Virus record (IMG/VR): IMGVR_UViG_3300014208_000011
Coordinates: 1 to 48,602 of that record
Length of the DNA: 48,602 bases
Strand: one strand, 5' to 3'
Source: a virus
Taxonomy: Duplodnaviria > Caudoviricetes
In this document: in pieces, positions 1-9,215 of the stretch
How the letters are laid out: every line of letters starts with the position of its first letter
Numbering within the stretch: position 1 is the first letter of the stretch
The notes under the pieces: model-generated
Seen by the model: the letters and a program-made list of their open reading frames with translations, nothing else
Told to the model about the DNA's origin: nothing
The model's database searches: none
Program-made: the position numbers and the translations under genes

Positions 1-123
1 ATCAATCCGGAACAGAAAAAACAAATTCTCAAGGATTTGCTTGGTGGTGTATTAAAGGAAAAAAAACCCCTTACTTTAGAAAAGAGTAATCTTCCTCGAT
101 TCGGCATGAACACCCAAGACGTG
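1..123. repeat. Terminal direct repeat (circular overlap), copy 1
   Basis: 1-123 (ATCAATCCGG...CCAAGACGTG) is identical to 48480-48602, and an ORF reads in frame across the junction. Confidence 0.97.
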
Positions 124-981
124 AATACAATGACACCAGCACAACTCAAAAAGTCAGGATTGGGAAAAAATAGCCCAGCTGTGGGTCAAACAGCCCTCCA
201 CGCAGAAGCGAAGGGAAAGAGTTTGGAGGAATTTAACACGCATATTAAATCTTTGACAGACCCTACAAATAGGGAAAATTACGACCTCCTTCCAAACTCA
301 TATCTTAAAAAACCAAAAACTATTTATAGAGGTCAAAAAGAAATGATGGGAAATAGTTCAGGAATTGGGATAGCTCAAGAAGGTACTGGACTCTATACAA
401 CTACTGACAAAAATATAGCTAGACACTACGCCAGTGTTCACGGAAAAGAAGGTGTCGTTAAAGAAATGTCTATAAATGATATTCCTAAAAATCCATTATA
501 TTTTAGAGACGGTGCTAATGTGGATAATTGGGTACAACGAACAGCTAAAAAATTAGGAATGAGTCTTCCTGATTTCAATGAAAAAATAGGAATAAATAAA
601 TTATTGGAAGCTTCTGGACACGATGGAGTTGTATTCGATATGGGAAAAGGACAGGCTTATGTTAAATTTCCTGAAGTTAAAAATAAACAGAATCTCACCG
701 ACATCTGGAAAGAAGCGAACAAAAAATCCATAGGTAATCCAGGTTTTGCTCTTCATCCTGAAGATAAAACAGCCCTCACGAAATTCATTGATGCCGTAAG
801 ACTTAAGAAAGATATGTCTGAATCCGATTGGACTGGAGCGGAAAGGTTGCTAACAAAAGCAGGAATAAGTCTTGATCAACCCCAGTCAAAACTGGCGAAT
901 ATAGCAGAAGAGATAGTAAGCGGGAAAAGAAAACTGGTAACAGTATCGCCTGGAACAAAAACCATAATAAGTAAGAAATAA
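1..981 (+). CDS. C-terminal part of the large virion/ejection protein starting at 46125; contains an ADP-ribosyltransferase-like (ART-PolyVal type) module at about 316-670
   Basis: The frame continues from 46125 through the repeat. Motifs IYRG, GTGLYTTTDKNIARHYA, KNPL, SGHDGVVF and YVKF resemble the ART domains of phage polyvalent proteins. Confidence 0.75.
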   Translation: MNPEQKKQILKDLLGGVLKEKKPLTLEKSNLPRFGMNTQDVNTMTPAQLKKSGLGKNSPAVGQTALHAEAKGKSLEEFNTHIKSLTDPTNRENYDLLPNSYLKKPKTIYRGQKEMMGNSSGIGIAQEGTGLYTTTDKNIARHYASVHGKEGVVKEMSINDIPKNPLYFRDGANVDNWVQRTAKKLGMSLPDFNEKIGINKLLEASGHDGVVFDMGKGQAYVKFPEVKNKQNLTDIWKEANKKSIGNPGFALHPEDKTALTKFIDAVRLKKDMSESDWTGAERLLTKAGISLDQPQSKLANIAEEIVSGKRKLVTVSPGTKTIISKK

Positions 982-992
982 TCAGTTTAATT

Positions 993-1169
993 ATGCACAA
1001 AGTCATATCCAGTGCCAGTAAAATGGTATTCATCATCCTGACAGTCGCCCTATGCGGACTCACTTTTGCCAAGATAGTGGACGCGACGGACTTCATCATG
1101 CTTACAGGTATGGCGTTTTCCGCCTATTTCCGGGGAACGGGAGCTAATTCAACTAATACAGACCGATGA
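993..1169 (+). CDS. Holin-like small membrane protein (58 aa, missing from the ORF track)
   Basis: MHKVISSASKMVFIILTVALCGLTFAKIVDATDFIMLTGMAFSAYFRGTGANSTNTDR has two hydrophobic segments, an ATGA overlap with the next gene, and lies at the end of the late operon. Confidence 0.6.
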   Translation: MHKVISSASKMVFIILTVALCGLTFAKIVDATDFIMLTGMAFSAYFRGTGANSTNTDR

Positions 1170-1513
1170 ACGAAAAAGAAGTACAAAAAATAGTATCGGA
1201 ACAAAACAAAGCACTGCTTACTGAGTTCCATAAAATAGCCATAGGGTTGAGAGAGTCAGTGACTCCCTCCTTTTCACATATCATAAAAGATTTGACCGAC
1301 AAGATTGAGTTTTTGGATAAAAAATCCACAGAAAACCTTGCTGCGATAGAAAAAAAACTTGACTATCAGATAATTTGCACAAGACCAGCCATTGAAGCCA
1401 TAAACGCCAGCAGAATACTAGCAAGCATACTGAAATGGACAGCCGGTGTTATCTTGTCCGTCGGTTCTATTTGGCTGTTTTTTAAACTTATCGTGAAAGA
1501 GGCTTTGAAATAG
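1166..1513 (+). CDS. Membrane protein, coiled coil plus C-terminal TM (lysis-associated?)
   Basis: 115 aa with C-terminal hydrophobic segment WTAGVILSVGSIWLFF; last gene of the late operon. Confidence 0.55.
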   Translation: MNEKEVQKIVSEQNKALLTEFHKIAIGLRESVTPSFSHIIKDLTDKIEFLDKKSTENLAAIEKKLDYQIICTRPAIEAINASRILASILKWTAGVILSVGSIWLFFKLIVKEALK

Positions 1514-1516
1514 ACT

Positions 1517-1545
1517 AAAAAACAACCCCGAGAAAGGCTGTTTTT
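1517..1545. terminator. Probable bidirectional intrinsic terminator between the convergent arms
   Basis: AAAAAACAACC-CCGAGAAA-GGCTGTTTTT hairpin with A and T tracts, between the stops at 1513 (+) and 1555 (-). Confidence 0.65.
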
Positions 1546-1554
1546 GTTGTGTCA

Positions 1555-2025
1555 TTATTTCAAAGTGAACTCCGCAAAACCTTGTATACCATTTCCATAT
1601 CTTTTGTTTAAATAAACGACATCCGAATAATACGGATCATATATTCGATAACCGAACACACGAGAATATCCAACTGGCACAACCCAGTGTTTCCCATTAT
1701 CGACTTGCAACATACACGAATTGTAAGTGGACTTCATTATGTTTTGAATCCTGATGTCATCGCGCTTGTAGTAGCGGTAGACGAACTTGAATGGTAATTC
1801 GCTATCATCTATCGACTTCCAGTATAAAAGCCCTGTAGCGGTATATTTGAGCTGTTTGACAAGCTCATCGGGAAGCACGACTTTACCGTTATGGAATGTA
1901 CTGACATACCACTGGGCTAGTGATGATAAATTTACCGTAACGCAACCCTTGGCTCCTAACGTGTAAGGACTATTCCCAATTTTAAGTTTTGCCCACTTTG
2001 GGTCTCTTTGATTCAATCTCCACAT
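1555..2025 (-). CDS. Peptidase C39-like protein, endolysin candidate
   Basis: LNQRDPKW, GAKGC, HWVV and IYDP give the Q-C-H-D pattern of C39-like cysteine peptidases. Confidence 0.7.
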   Translation of the reverse strand: MWRLNQRDPKWAKLKIGNSPYTLGAKGCVTVNLSSLAQWYVSTFHNGKVVLPDELVKQLKYTATGLLYWKSIDDSELPFKFVYRYYKRDDIRIQNIMKSTYNSCMLQVDNGKHWVVPVGYSRVFGYRIYDPYYSDVVYLNKRYGNGIQGFAEFTLK

Positions 2026-2041
2026 ATTGTTTTCGTCTTAA

Positions 2042-2224
2042 TTATTTATTACTCCAATCACAATCATCACACGCCACACGTATACCGTCGTAACCGCATT
2101 CGTGAGTCGTGGATTTGCAGACTGGGCAGATATTGCGCGATGAGTACATTCCAGCCACCCACACATAGAATGTAATGGCTGCGAGAGGTAGGGCGATGAT
2201 GGCGAGTATGGCTAGGATGTTCAT
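2042..2224 (-). CDS. Small membrane-anchored Zn-ribbon protein
   Basis: N-terminal TM followed by CPVC and CDDC. Confidence 0.55.
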   Translation of the reverse strand: MNILAILAIIALPLAAITFYVWVAGMYSSRNICPVCKSTTHECGYDGIRVACDDCDWSNK

Positions 2225-2228
2225 ATTA

Positions 2229-2453
2229 TTACTTTTTTAATGACTTATTTAAAGCTTGAATTGAGCAAAGATATATCGCATACCCATATTGAGTCAATCC
2301 TTGAATGCAAGCCTCTTGGGCTGTCCATCCTTTCTTAATCTGGTCAATAATAAATTTTGAGCATTGCATTATTTCTCTTGTATTATGCTCTTTTCGTTCC
2401 TCATCGCGGTGTTTTTCAGAAAAGGCTGACTCTTTCAATCGTTGGTACTTCAT
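2229..2453 (-). CDS. Hypothetical protein
   Basis: 74 aa, co-directional with and tightly packed against its neighbours. Confidence 0.55.
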   Translation of the reverse strand: MKYQRLKESAFSEKHRDEERKEHNTREIMQCSKFIIDQIKKGWTAQEACIQGLTQYGYAIYLCSIQALNKSLKK

Positions 2454-2638
2454 AGTTTTGTAGCATTATGACCATAGCCCCTCTCCTCCAATGACTGCAC
2501 CTTATTAACCAAGCCAAACACGCCATAAAGAATACAGCCGATACCAAACAAGATTATAATGAGATAGAGCGTGATATTCTTTGTCTTAATATGGTTTGAT
2601 TAGAATTATTGCTCTTCGTTGAGCGTCATATATATAAA

Positions 2639-2981
2639 TTTACTGCCCTCGAGGGGTGTGGTCTAGGTCTCCAGTTATTTCCCTGCTAGGGAGACTCCAC
2701 GGGACACATAATGTGTTTCGCAAATGCTCTTCAGCCGTTCCTTTCGGAAGCAGGGCTAGATGTTTCCATGTCAACCACACTGGGAAACCCACGGGGGCAG
2801 TAAACTTGTTGCTCTTCGTTGAGCTTCATTGCCCTGTACAGCGTGTATACGTCCTACAGGGATACTTCACTAAGAGGGAAGGCGTTCGGGAGTAAAGTAG
2901 GTATGACCCTTGCACTTCTCTTTGTAGCTAATAAAGAGCGTTCTCTTAAACTATATACTCCCCATCTCCCCTCTTAATGAA
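2639..2981 (-). ncRNA. Cluster of putative structured RNAs (long stems 2639-2804, 2832-2861, 2866-2981)
   Basis: GC-rich intergenic region with nested inverted repeats. G-U pairs and a GAAA tetraloop favour the minus strand. No family recognised. Confidence 0.5.
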
Positions 2982-3005
2982 CTATCTTATCCCTCTCCCC
3001 AAATA

Positions 3006-3131
3006 TTAGACGTGTATTATTGCCTCTTCTTGATGAGCGTTTAGCAAACCTGCGCTACTTAGTACTAGATACGCTGTGAAAAGCATACCAAGCCACATAC
3101 CTATCATTACTTTTTGCACTGTTATTTTCAT
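3006..3131 (-). CDS. Small membrane peptide (41 aa, missing from the ORF track)
   Basis: MKITVQKVMIGMWLGMLFTAYLVLSSAGLLNAHQEEAIIHV, preceded by an SD-like AGGAG and a promoter. Confidence 0.5.
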   Translation of the reverse strand: MKITVQKVMIGMWLGMLFTAYLVLSSAGLLNAHQEEAIIHV

Positions 3132-3166
3132 TTCTTCTACTCCTCTTTAAGTTCCTAGATACATAT

Positions 3167-3195
3167 ATCATATCATTTTTTGCACTGTTTTGCAA
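3167..3195 (-). promoter_or_regulatory. sigma70-like promoter
   Basis: TTGCAA-17 nt-TATGAT on the minus strand. Confidence 0.55.
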
Positions 3196-3196
3196 A

Positions 3197-3745
3197 TTAT
3201 TTCTTCAATAATAACTTAACCTCCTCTAATCGCTTTTGAGCCTCTTTCTCTGTTCGGAAAATGCCGAGGAAGTTTTTGATTTCATTGTCGGTTTCGCTAT
3301 TATGCCAAATCCACATCGAAATACTTCCGGAAGTTCTAATAAACCAATATTCGTATTGCTCTTTCGGCGTCCAATCCTCACTCACTTCGGGCTGTTTGAT
3401 ACTACTTTTTTGTAAGGTTTCATCACCTACTTCCGAATCATAGTCTTTTATTTCCTCATGTTTTTCAGGTTGTTTGATGGTGTAGCCTTTATATTGTAAC
3501 ATTTGCTTTGTCCAAATAAATGAAATTTCATCCTTAATATCGGTATTCTCTCCGTAAACAATATCGCCAAAAACTTCAATGACTAAGTGTTCAAAACCTC
3601 CTCTCGACACCAACACATCCCCTTTTTGCAAATTGTCCCAGGTTTTTTTGAGTGGTTTTTTAGAATGACATTCACAATTATGTTCAGTTCCATTCATATG
3701 GTGATGCCAACAATCTATACACGGAGTGTTTATTGTTTCAATCAT
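3197..3745 (-). CDS. Hypothetical phage protein
   Basis: 182 aa ORF in the early arm with a Cys/His-rich N-terminus. Confidence 0.65.
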   Translation of the reverse strand: MIETINTPCIDCWHHHMNGTEHNCECHSKKPLKKTWDNLQKGDVLVSRGGFEHLVIEVFGDIVYGENTDIKDEISFIWTKQMLQYKGYTIKQPEKHEEIKDYDSEVGDETLQKSSIKQPEVSEDWTPKEQYEYWFIRTSGSISMWIWHNSETDNEIKNFLGIFRTEKEAQKRLEEVKLLLKK

Positions 3746-3920
3746 AATTATTTTTCATATTGATTATCCCCCTTGATTTTCGAAGCGTAGTACCCTGCTG
3801 TGAATATATAGGCAACTATACTCACCACGAAGAGCAAACACGCTGTGGCGAGAAGATAGCCGGCATAAAGTAGGATTGCGAGGCAGATTTCTAGTGTCAT
3901 AATGATTTTACGCTATTTTA

Positions 3921-6551
3921 TTATACTTCCCATCTATTTTTCCATCCACGGCGATATATTCTTTGTATCATTTGATATTTGAAATAAAATATAGTCCTAA
4001 TAAGATCGCTTAGTGAATCAAATGAATATCTATGATAGATGGGGTTACCACGAAATCCACGCCCTACTGTCTCCCTAAATGTCCAATGATATTTATTGTC
4101 GTCGTCCATATTATTTACATATTACATCGTGAATAAAACGCTTGACTAGCTCCTCTTGGTCTTCATATGTTTTTTGAAGGTTCCATTGTCCAGTATAATG
4201 TGGAAAATCATCACCATTGCATTCAATCATCAATTCACCGTCGGACTCAATCAATATGTGGACTATCTCAGGTTTTTTCAATTTGTCCATCGCAATCAAA
4301 ATATCAGGTAAGCTGATGGGACGACCGATGATTTGAACTATGTCACTAACTGGAAGTCTATGAACTGAAAAATTATCCATTACTTCGACAACTTCTCTCA
4401 ATTCGGCGTTAATTTCACCGAAATAAGTGTTGGAGCTAAACTGGCGCAAAACCGTAACGTAATGCGGAGAATTTTTACAGATATCTACCCGACACCCAAA
4501 CTTCAGCTCCACAATATCCGGCACTGCCTCAATAACCTTAGCGTGAACCTCGGCGTCTATTTGTTCGATTGGTTTCATAATGTTTCAAAATAAGAATTGA
4601 TAGTTCCTCCTTCTGCTAGGTGATCGATGAGACGGTGTTGTCTGTAATTCCATTCCGGTCGGTGAGCTATGAATTCATCAAGGATTTTATCATCATGCAA
4701 ACGATAATCTAGGTGATAATAATCTTCTTCCCACCCCATAGCCTTTCCAAGGCATTTCCAGAACTCTGGGTCGAGAAGAAAGTCTTGATTGTAATACCAA
4801 TTACCTACTTTTACGAAGTAAGTCGTTGTCTCATCCTTGGTCATTGCGAAGTTTCCATCGTCCCATCCTACTTTCATCGCCTTCTCGATGGCTTCTTGGA
4901 TTTTCATAATGATTTTACGTCAATAATTGAATTTTCGATGAGGTAGATGAGCATTTTGGATAAAAAATCAGCGGATAGTGACTGCATTATAATTTGTCCA
5001 AATCCATCCGTATTACCTTTATGGAATTGATATGCCTCCCACAGTTCAGAATATTTAGCTTTTTTCAACATCTCCCGCAATTCACTGGATAGGAAGGCGG
5101 AAACCCTCTCGCAATTCCTCAATATATCACTATCTTTGTGTGCTAAGTACCAGAACTTTTCACCAATATCAGACTTCATTATGCTGTGATTCGACTTATA
5201 ATGGTAGAACTCACTCTCCTGTTTCACTCCAAGCTCCTTCAATTTCTTGCTCAAAGCTAAACTTGTCACGTGTTTTTCAATCATATGTTTTTGTGTTTTT
5301 GAATTATTGAGAGGGTGTGCTTAAGAGCATTTGGACTGTTTTTGTAAGGTATTGCACTAAACAAGAGTGTGATTTCCTCCTCCACCTGTTCCAAAGCCTC
5401 CCTCACCGCGTCTTCACGAATACACCAGAAGAGCGTTTTATACTTATCAGACGTTTTTTCGAGATTTTCGATGTTTTCTTTCAATCCTTCCTTATACGCG
5501 TCTTCACGGGTTTTTTTGATGAGTTCTCTAACCATATCAAGACGAACCCACCACATTCCACGTTCTGTTTTTCTTTCAAAATCATTTAATTCTTCTTCCC
5601 AAGTCATAGGTTTATTTATTACTGATTAGATATAAAACTTTTTGGAGCGTATTATTCTTCTCAAAATCACAGCTCCCTCGTAAGTCGTGTTTCATCTTAT
5701 CGGTTGGCACTATAAGCTCCTCAACTTCCCTCGCTATCTCCTCTCTCACTGACTGTTCGACTTTTTGGAGAGATTGGATGAAGAAATCAACTGCTCTGTC
5801 AGGATTATCTGATTTCCATACATTATCAATGCCATCATAATCAGTGAACTCTTTGATGAATTGCGAAAGTATCTGTTCTTGTGTGGTTTTCATATTTTTT
5901 TTGCAAATTTAACAATTTTTTGATACATATCTTCATGGAATGCACACCACCCTTCATCCCATTTATCTCTTGCGTAAGATATATCTAATATGTCATCTAA
6001 CCAAGGTTCTTTAGTACGTTCCAAGAATATAATTTTTGCATTTTCATCATGGCCTCTAAGTGTAAGTCTATCCCCGCAATAAGATGAGTCACCACCAGAT
6101 GGTTCATTACGAGTAACAATATCGCCAACCTTAAATTCTTTTATGTTCATATTTTTAAATTAAATTAATTACATCATCGATAGAACTTTACGTCTTTAAT
6201 ATATGTAAGTGGAAACGAGTGAGCGATACCGATCCCCAAAGCGTTCTTCTTATCCGACAAGAGGTTTACATCGACATACTCTCTGTTTTTCTTGATAGAA
6301 ATGACAACGCCCTCTATCTTGCCGACCTGTGCTCTCTGTACACCTATTCGCCCTATCTGTGGAGATGTGAGCCACTCTTGCGTACCGTCAAGGTATTGCA
6401 TAAGATACCCAATTTTTATGTTCGTCAGCAATCGCGCTTTTTCAAGGTAGTGCTTGTTTGTCGGGTCGATGATAAACCATCCCCTATACTCAGATTTGAG
6501 ATTACCTCGTACAACTGATGCTCTAAGCTTTTCCTTTTTTTCTTCGTTCAT
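3921..6551 (-). other. Run of tightly packed small hypothetical early genes (3921-4109, 4111-4578, 4575-4907, 4904-5284, 5281-5607, 5612-5893, 5890-6150, 6174-6551)
   Basis: Co-directional ORFs, many with 4-nt ATGA start/stop overlaps; no family recognised. Confidence 0.75.
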
Positions 6552-6850
6552 AAAATTTTCATTATATCGTCGATACTTTTTGCAATAATATATAAGCCCC
6601 CTGCCTTTTCCAGTTTTTCCTTGAATATCTCTTGATTATCGTTGAGTTTTCCTTTGATATCCTTTACCTCTATACCTATAAATTGACCTTTTACTACTGC
6701 GATTATGTCGGGACTTCCCGGATATCCAAACTTCATAAAATGATTTCCTGCTACCATTGTACCGCCTGTATTATTTCTCCAGTGGAATATCTTTTTCGCT
6801 TCGAGGTACTGAATGATTGCTTTTTGTGTATCTTTTTCTGTTGATTTCAT
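6548..6850 (-). CDS. VRR-NUC domain nuclease (PD-(D/E)xK)
   Basis: EKDTQKAI, GSPDII, IGIEVK and Q..F pattern. Confidence 0.85.
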   Translation of the reverse strand: MKSTEKDTQKAIIQYLEAKKIFHWRNNTGGTMVAGNHFMKFGYPGSPDIIAVVKGQFIGIEVKDIKGKLNDNQEIFKEKLEKAGGLYIIAKSIDDIMKIL

Positions 6851-7119
6851 CCGCGGAGTCTTTTAAATACGTCTTTAGTTAGTTCTCTATCGTCTTCAAT
6901 GATGTTGTGACAGTTGGTACAGGCACAAATCCACTCGTTGTAGGCTGCTAGCTCCTCTGCGCTCTTGTAGTGAATACGCTTGTGTTTATGTGCCGGAGCG
7001 AGAAACAAGAACCCTGAACACTTATCATCAGCCTGTACCTCACAGTAGTTCAGTCCAATCGCTTCACATTTTTCAGAAATCATCTTTCTTGCTCTCTTGT
7101 TCATTTCTGTTCGGTTCAT
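6847..7119 (-). CDS. Small Zn-binding HNH-like nuclease (NinG/Ref-like)
   Basis: YCEV..C, PAHKH and CACTNCHN motifs, next to VRR-NUC. Confidence 0.55.
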   Translation of the reverse strand: MNRTEMNKRARKMISEKCEAIGLNYCEVQADDKCSGFLFLAPAHKHKRIHYKSAEELAAYNEWICACTNCHNIIEDDRELTKDVFKRLRG

Positions 7120-7137
7120 ACTTGTTAGTAGAGAGAG

Positions 7138-7287
7138 TTAATCTTGAAATGACATCAATATCTTTTCTAGTTGTTCGAGCGTGATGTAATAGTCGTTTTT
7201 CTCTCCAACAGTTTGCTTATGTTCACGGGCTAAGATAGTGGCTTTGAGTTGTATTTCTTCGAGCATAGCGTTTTGGATTGTTATCAT
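7138..7287 (-). CDS. Hypothetical protein (49 aa, missing from the ORF track)
   Basis: MITIQNAMLEEIQLKAT...LMSFQD fills the gap between two motif copies exactly. Confidence 0.55.
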   Translation of the reverse strand: MITIQNAMLEEIQLKATILAREHKQTVGEKNDYYITLEQLEKILMSFQD

Positions 7288-7309
7288 ATTACTTGTTATT
7301 AGAGAGAAA

Positions 7310-7618
7310 TTACTTACTTAATTCTTTTACTACATAAAGCCAATCTTTAATTGTAAGACGACCAATTACACCATTCCCGACTGAATCAAACTTCTTTTCT
7401 ATTTTCAATTTCAGTTTCTCTGGGGCGTTCAGTATCATTATTTCCGCAGTATCACTTCCTAAAAATGTTGAATACATATCTGTAAAATTTCCTCCTTTCA
7501 TATCTATATCGTAGTTATCTGAATATGTTCCAACGCCCCAAATAGTAGAAAGACCATTACCATTAGGAAACCAAAGATGAATAATGTTGTGTCGAGTATT
7601 TTCAAACGCTTTTGCCAT
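7310..7618 (-). CDS. Hypothetical protein
   Basis: 102 aa ORF flanked by the intergenic motif. Confidence 0.7.
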   Translation of the reverse strand: MAKAFENTRHNIIHLWFPNGNGLSTIWGVGTYSDNYDIDMKGGNFTDMYSTFLGSDTAEIMILNAPEKLKLKIEKKFDSVGNGVIGRLTIKDWLYVVKELSK

Positions 7619-7669
7619 AATTTTATTTGTTAGTTAGAGAGAGATGGATTAGTTATCTTTTTTATATAC

Positions 7670-7933
7670 CTATAGTGAGTTAGACTCTTCTATCAACTGG
7701 TTTAATGTCGAGACTATGTTTTGCAACCTTTTGAAATCTGAATCGTTTTCTAGTTTCCATTCTTCTTTAATCTTCCCGCCTGTCATTATGGCGTTCAGGA
7801 AATCGTTGGCTTCTAGCGTTTTCTTTGTTTCATCGTTTGGACTGAGACGGACAAGAAACTGGGAAAATACGCTACCCCCTATTTTCGCCATTTCCTCTGA
7901 GAGAACACTTACAGCTACTTCGTGTTTTTTCAT
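7670..7933 (-). CDS. Hypothetical protein
   Basis: 87 aa ORF flanked by the intergenic motif. Confidence 0.65.
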   Translation of the reverse strand: MKKHEVAVSVLSEEMAKIGGSVFSQFLVRLSPNDETKKTLEANDFLNAIMTGGKIKEEWKLENDSDFKRLQNIVSTLNQLIEESNSL

Positions 7934-7981
7934 ACCTATACTGTGAGATGGATTAGCTTGTTATTAGAGAGAGTTAAAAAA

Positions 7982-8359
7982 TTATTCTACTTTCCTCCAC
8001 GTTCTTTCTTTAAGTTCATAAACGCCACTAATTAAGTTATCATTGCTCACTTGATGTTGGTCAGTATTACCACATCCACCGCTAATCCCCATCTCACTTA
8101 CAACTCCCCATATAGCAACCCAACCGTCCTTTCCCCTTGTCCCAGACGGCGACTGAAAAACAGAACCGTAACACTCGAATGGATAATGTTTCGTTGATTC
8201 AATTTTATCGCTTTTCATTCCTACGCTAACGCCAGTAATACCTGCCTCACCGCATTTATTCAAAAACTTCTGTGTGAACTTACTCGCTTCTTTCAACGAA
8301 GACTTTACTTCTTTGAATTGACTTTCTAATCTTGCAATTTCACCTGTATAGTTTCTCAT
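7982..8359 (-). CDS. Hypothetical protein
   Basis: 125 aa ORF in the early arm. Confidence 0.65.
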   Translation of the reverse strand: MRNYTGEIARLESQFKEVKSSLKEASKFTQKFLNKCGEAGITGVSVGMKSDKIESTKHYPFECYGSVFQSPSGTRGKDGWVAIWGVVSEMGISGGCGNTDQHQVSNDNLISGVYELKERTWRKVE

Positions 8360-8561
8360 AATCTTATTTATTACTTGTTAATATCTCACATCTGATTTCT
8401 AGCTTCGGATTCGTACACCCTGAGAACAGCTTTCAAATTGCTCATCAGACGCTCCAAACCTTTTAGATATATCTCATTGTTCCTCATTTCTTGACCTTTT
8501 CCATCCCTGATGAAGAGCATATCTATAGCCTTATCCGATACTTTTTCATAGGCTTTGCATA

Positions 8562-8780
8562 CTATTGTGTTCTAAATACTCTTGTACCTTCATTTTCTTT
8601 CCTAACAGCAAACTTCATATTATGTCTTTTTCCGAATGAATGCGAAAGTGGTGATATTTTTTTTGTACTACATTCCACAAAAAATGAATCTCCGACTTCC
8701 ATAAGGTTGAATGGATATTTTCCTTGTCGCACTTCTCTTTTGAGAGGTATTCCTTTTTCTATTATGTACATATTATTCAT
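8562..8780 (-). CDS. Conserved small phage protein, possibly DNA-binding
   Basis: IEKGIPL, KYPFNLMEVGDSFFV and GTRVFR motifs recur in small phage proteins. Confidence 0.65.
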   Translation of the reverse strand: MNNMYIIEKGIPLKREVRQGKYPFNLMEVGDSFFVECSTKKISPLSHSFGKRHNMKFAVRKENEGTRVFRTQ

Positions 8781-9211
8781 ACTATTGGTTTACCTAAAAT
8801 ATCATTTGTCATCTTCACCATATCAAAACCTTGTGGCTGAATCACGGGTATATCTTCATTACCTTTCCCCGACATTGACCCGTGGAGTGCGACAGCAGAA
8901 GGATTAGTCACATCAATCAGCAAAGTTTTAAGGTTGGACAATTCTTTGATTTCTTTTTCCAAGGCACTGACTCGTGATATGAGTGTATTGACCGTTTCTT
9001 GTGTATTACTGGCCCATGCTGATATCATCTCGAATCGTTCTTCGACATTTGGCTGGATATTGTCTCCGAGTTGCTGTTGCTGTTCACTTTTTGGAAGCCA
9101 GCATTTCTCCGAGCAGAATTCTTTTCCTGTTTTAGGACTTCTGACACGGTCTGCTCCACAATCTTTGCATTGACCGTATGGACTTTTACCTGTTCGTGTT
9201 TTGTATGCCAT
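8777..9211 (-). CDS. Zn-finger plus coiled-coil protein
   Basis: CKDC and FCSEKC motifs followed by a heptad region. Confidence 0.6.
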   Translation of the reverse strand: MAYKTRTGKSPYGQCKDCGADRVRSPKTGKEFCSEKCWLPKSEQQQQLGDNIQPNVEERFEMISAWASNTQETVNTLISRVSALEKEIKELSNLKTLLIDVTNPSAVALHGSMSGKGNEDIPVIQPQGFDMVKMTNDILGKPIV

Positions 9212-9215
9212 AAGA

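Larger units (their letters stand above)
7120..7977 (-). repeat. Four copies of the intergenic motif TCTCTCT(A/AA)(C/A)TAACAA between small genes
   Basis: Plus-strand copies at about 7120-7140, 7291-7308, 7627-7644 and 7957-7977; GAGATGGATTAG occurs twice (7641, 7945). Confidence 0.7.

Noticed and set aside
1-123. Terminal repeat as a biological direct terminal repeat
   Set aside because: It falls inside a coding sequence and has the size of an assembler overlap. It shows circularity, not the packaging ends.
2639-2981. tRNA, tmRNA or the 79-aa ORF 2656-2895
   Set aside because: No cloverleaf or T-loop consensus found by eye. The ORF runs against the local gene direction and looks non-coding.
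7120-7977. Repeated motif as a CRISPR array or integron attC sites
   Set aside because: The repeats are degenerate and separated by whole genes, with no cas genes, integrase or attC-like palindromes.
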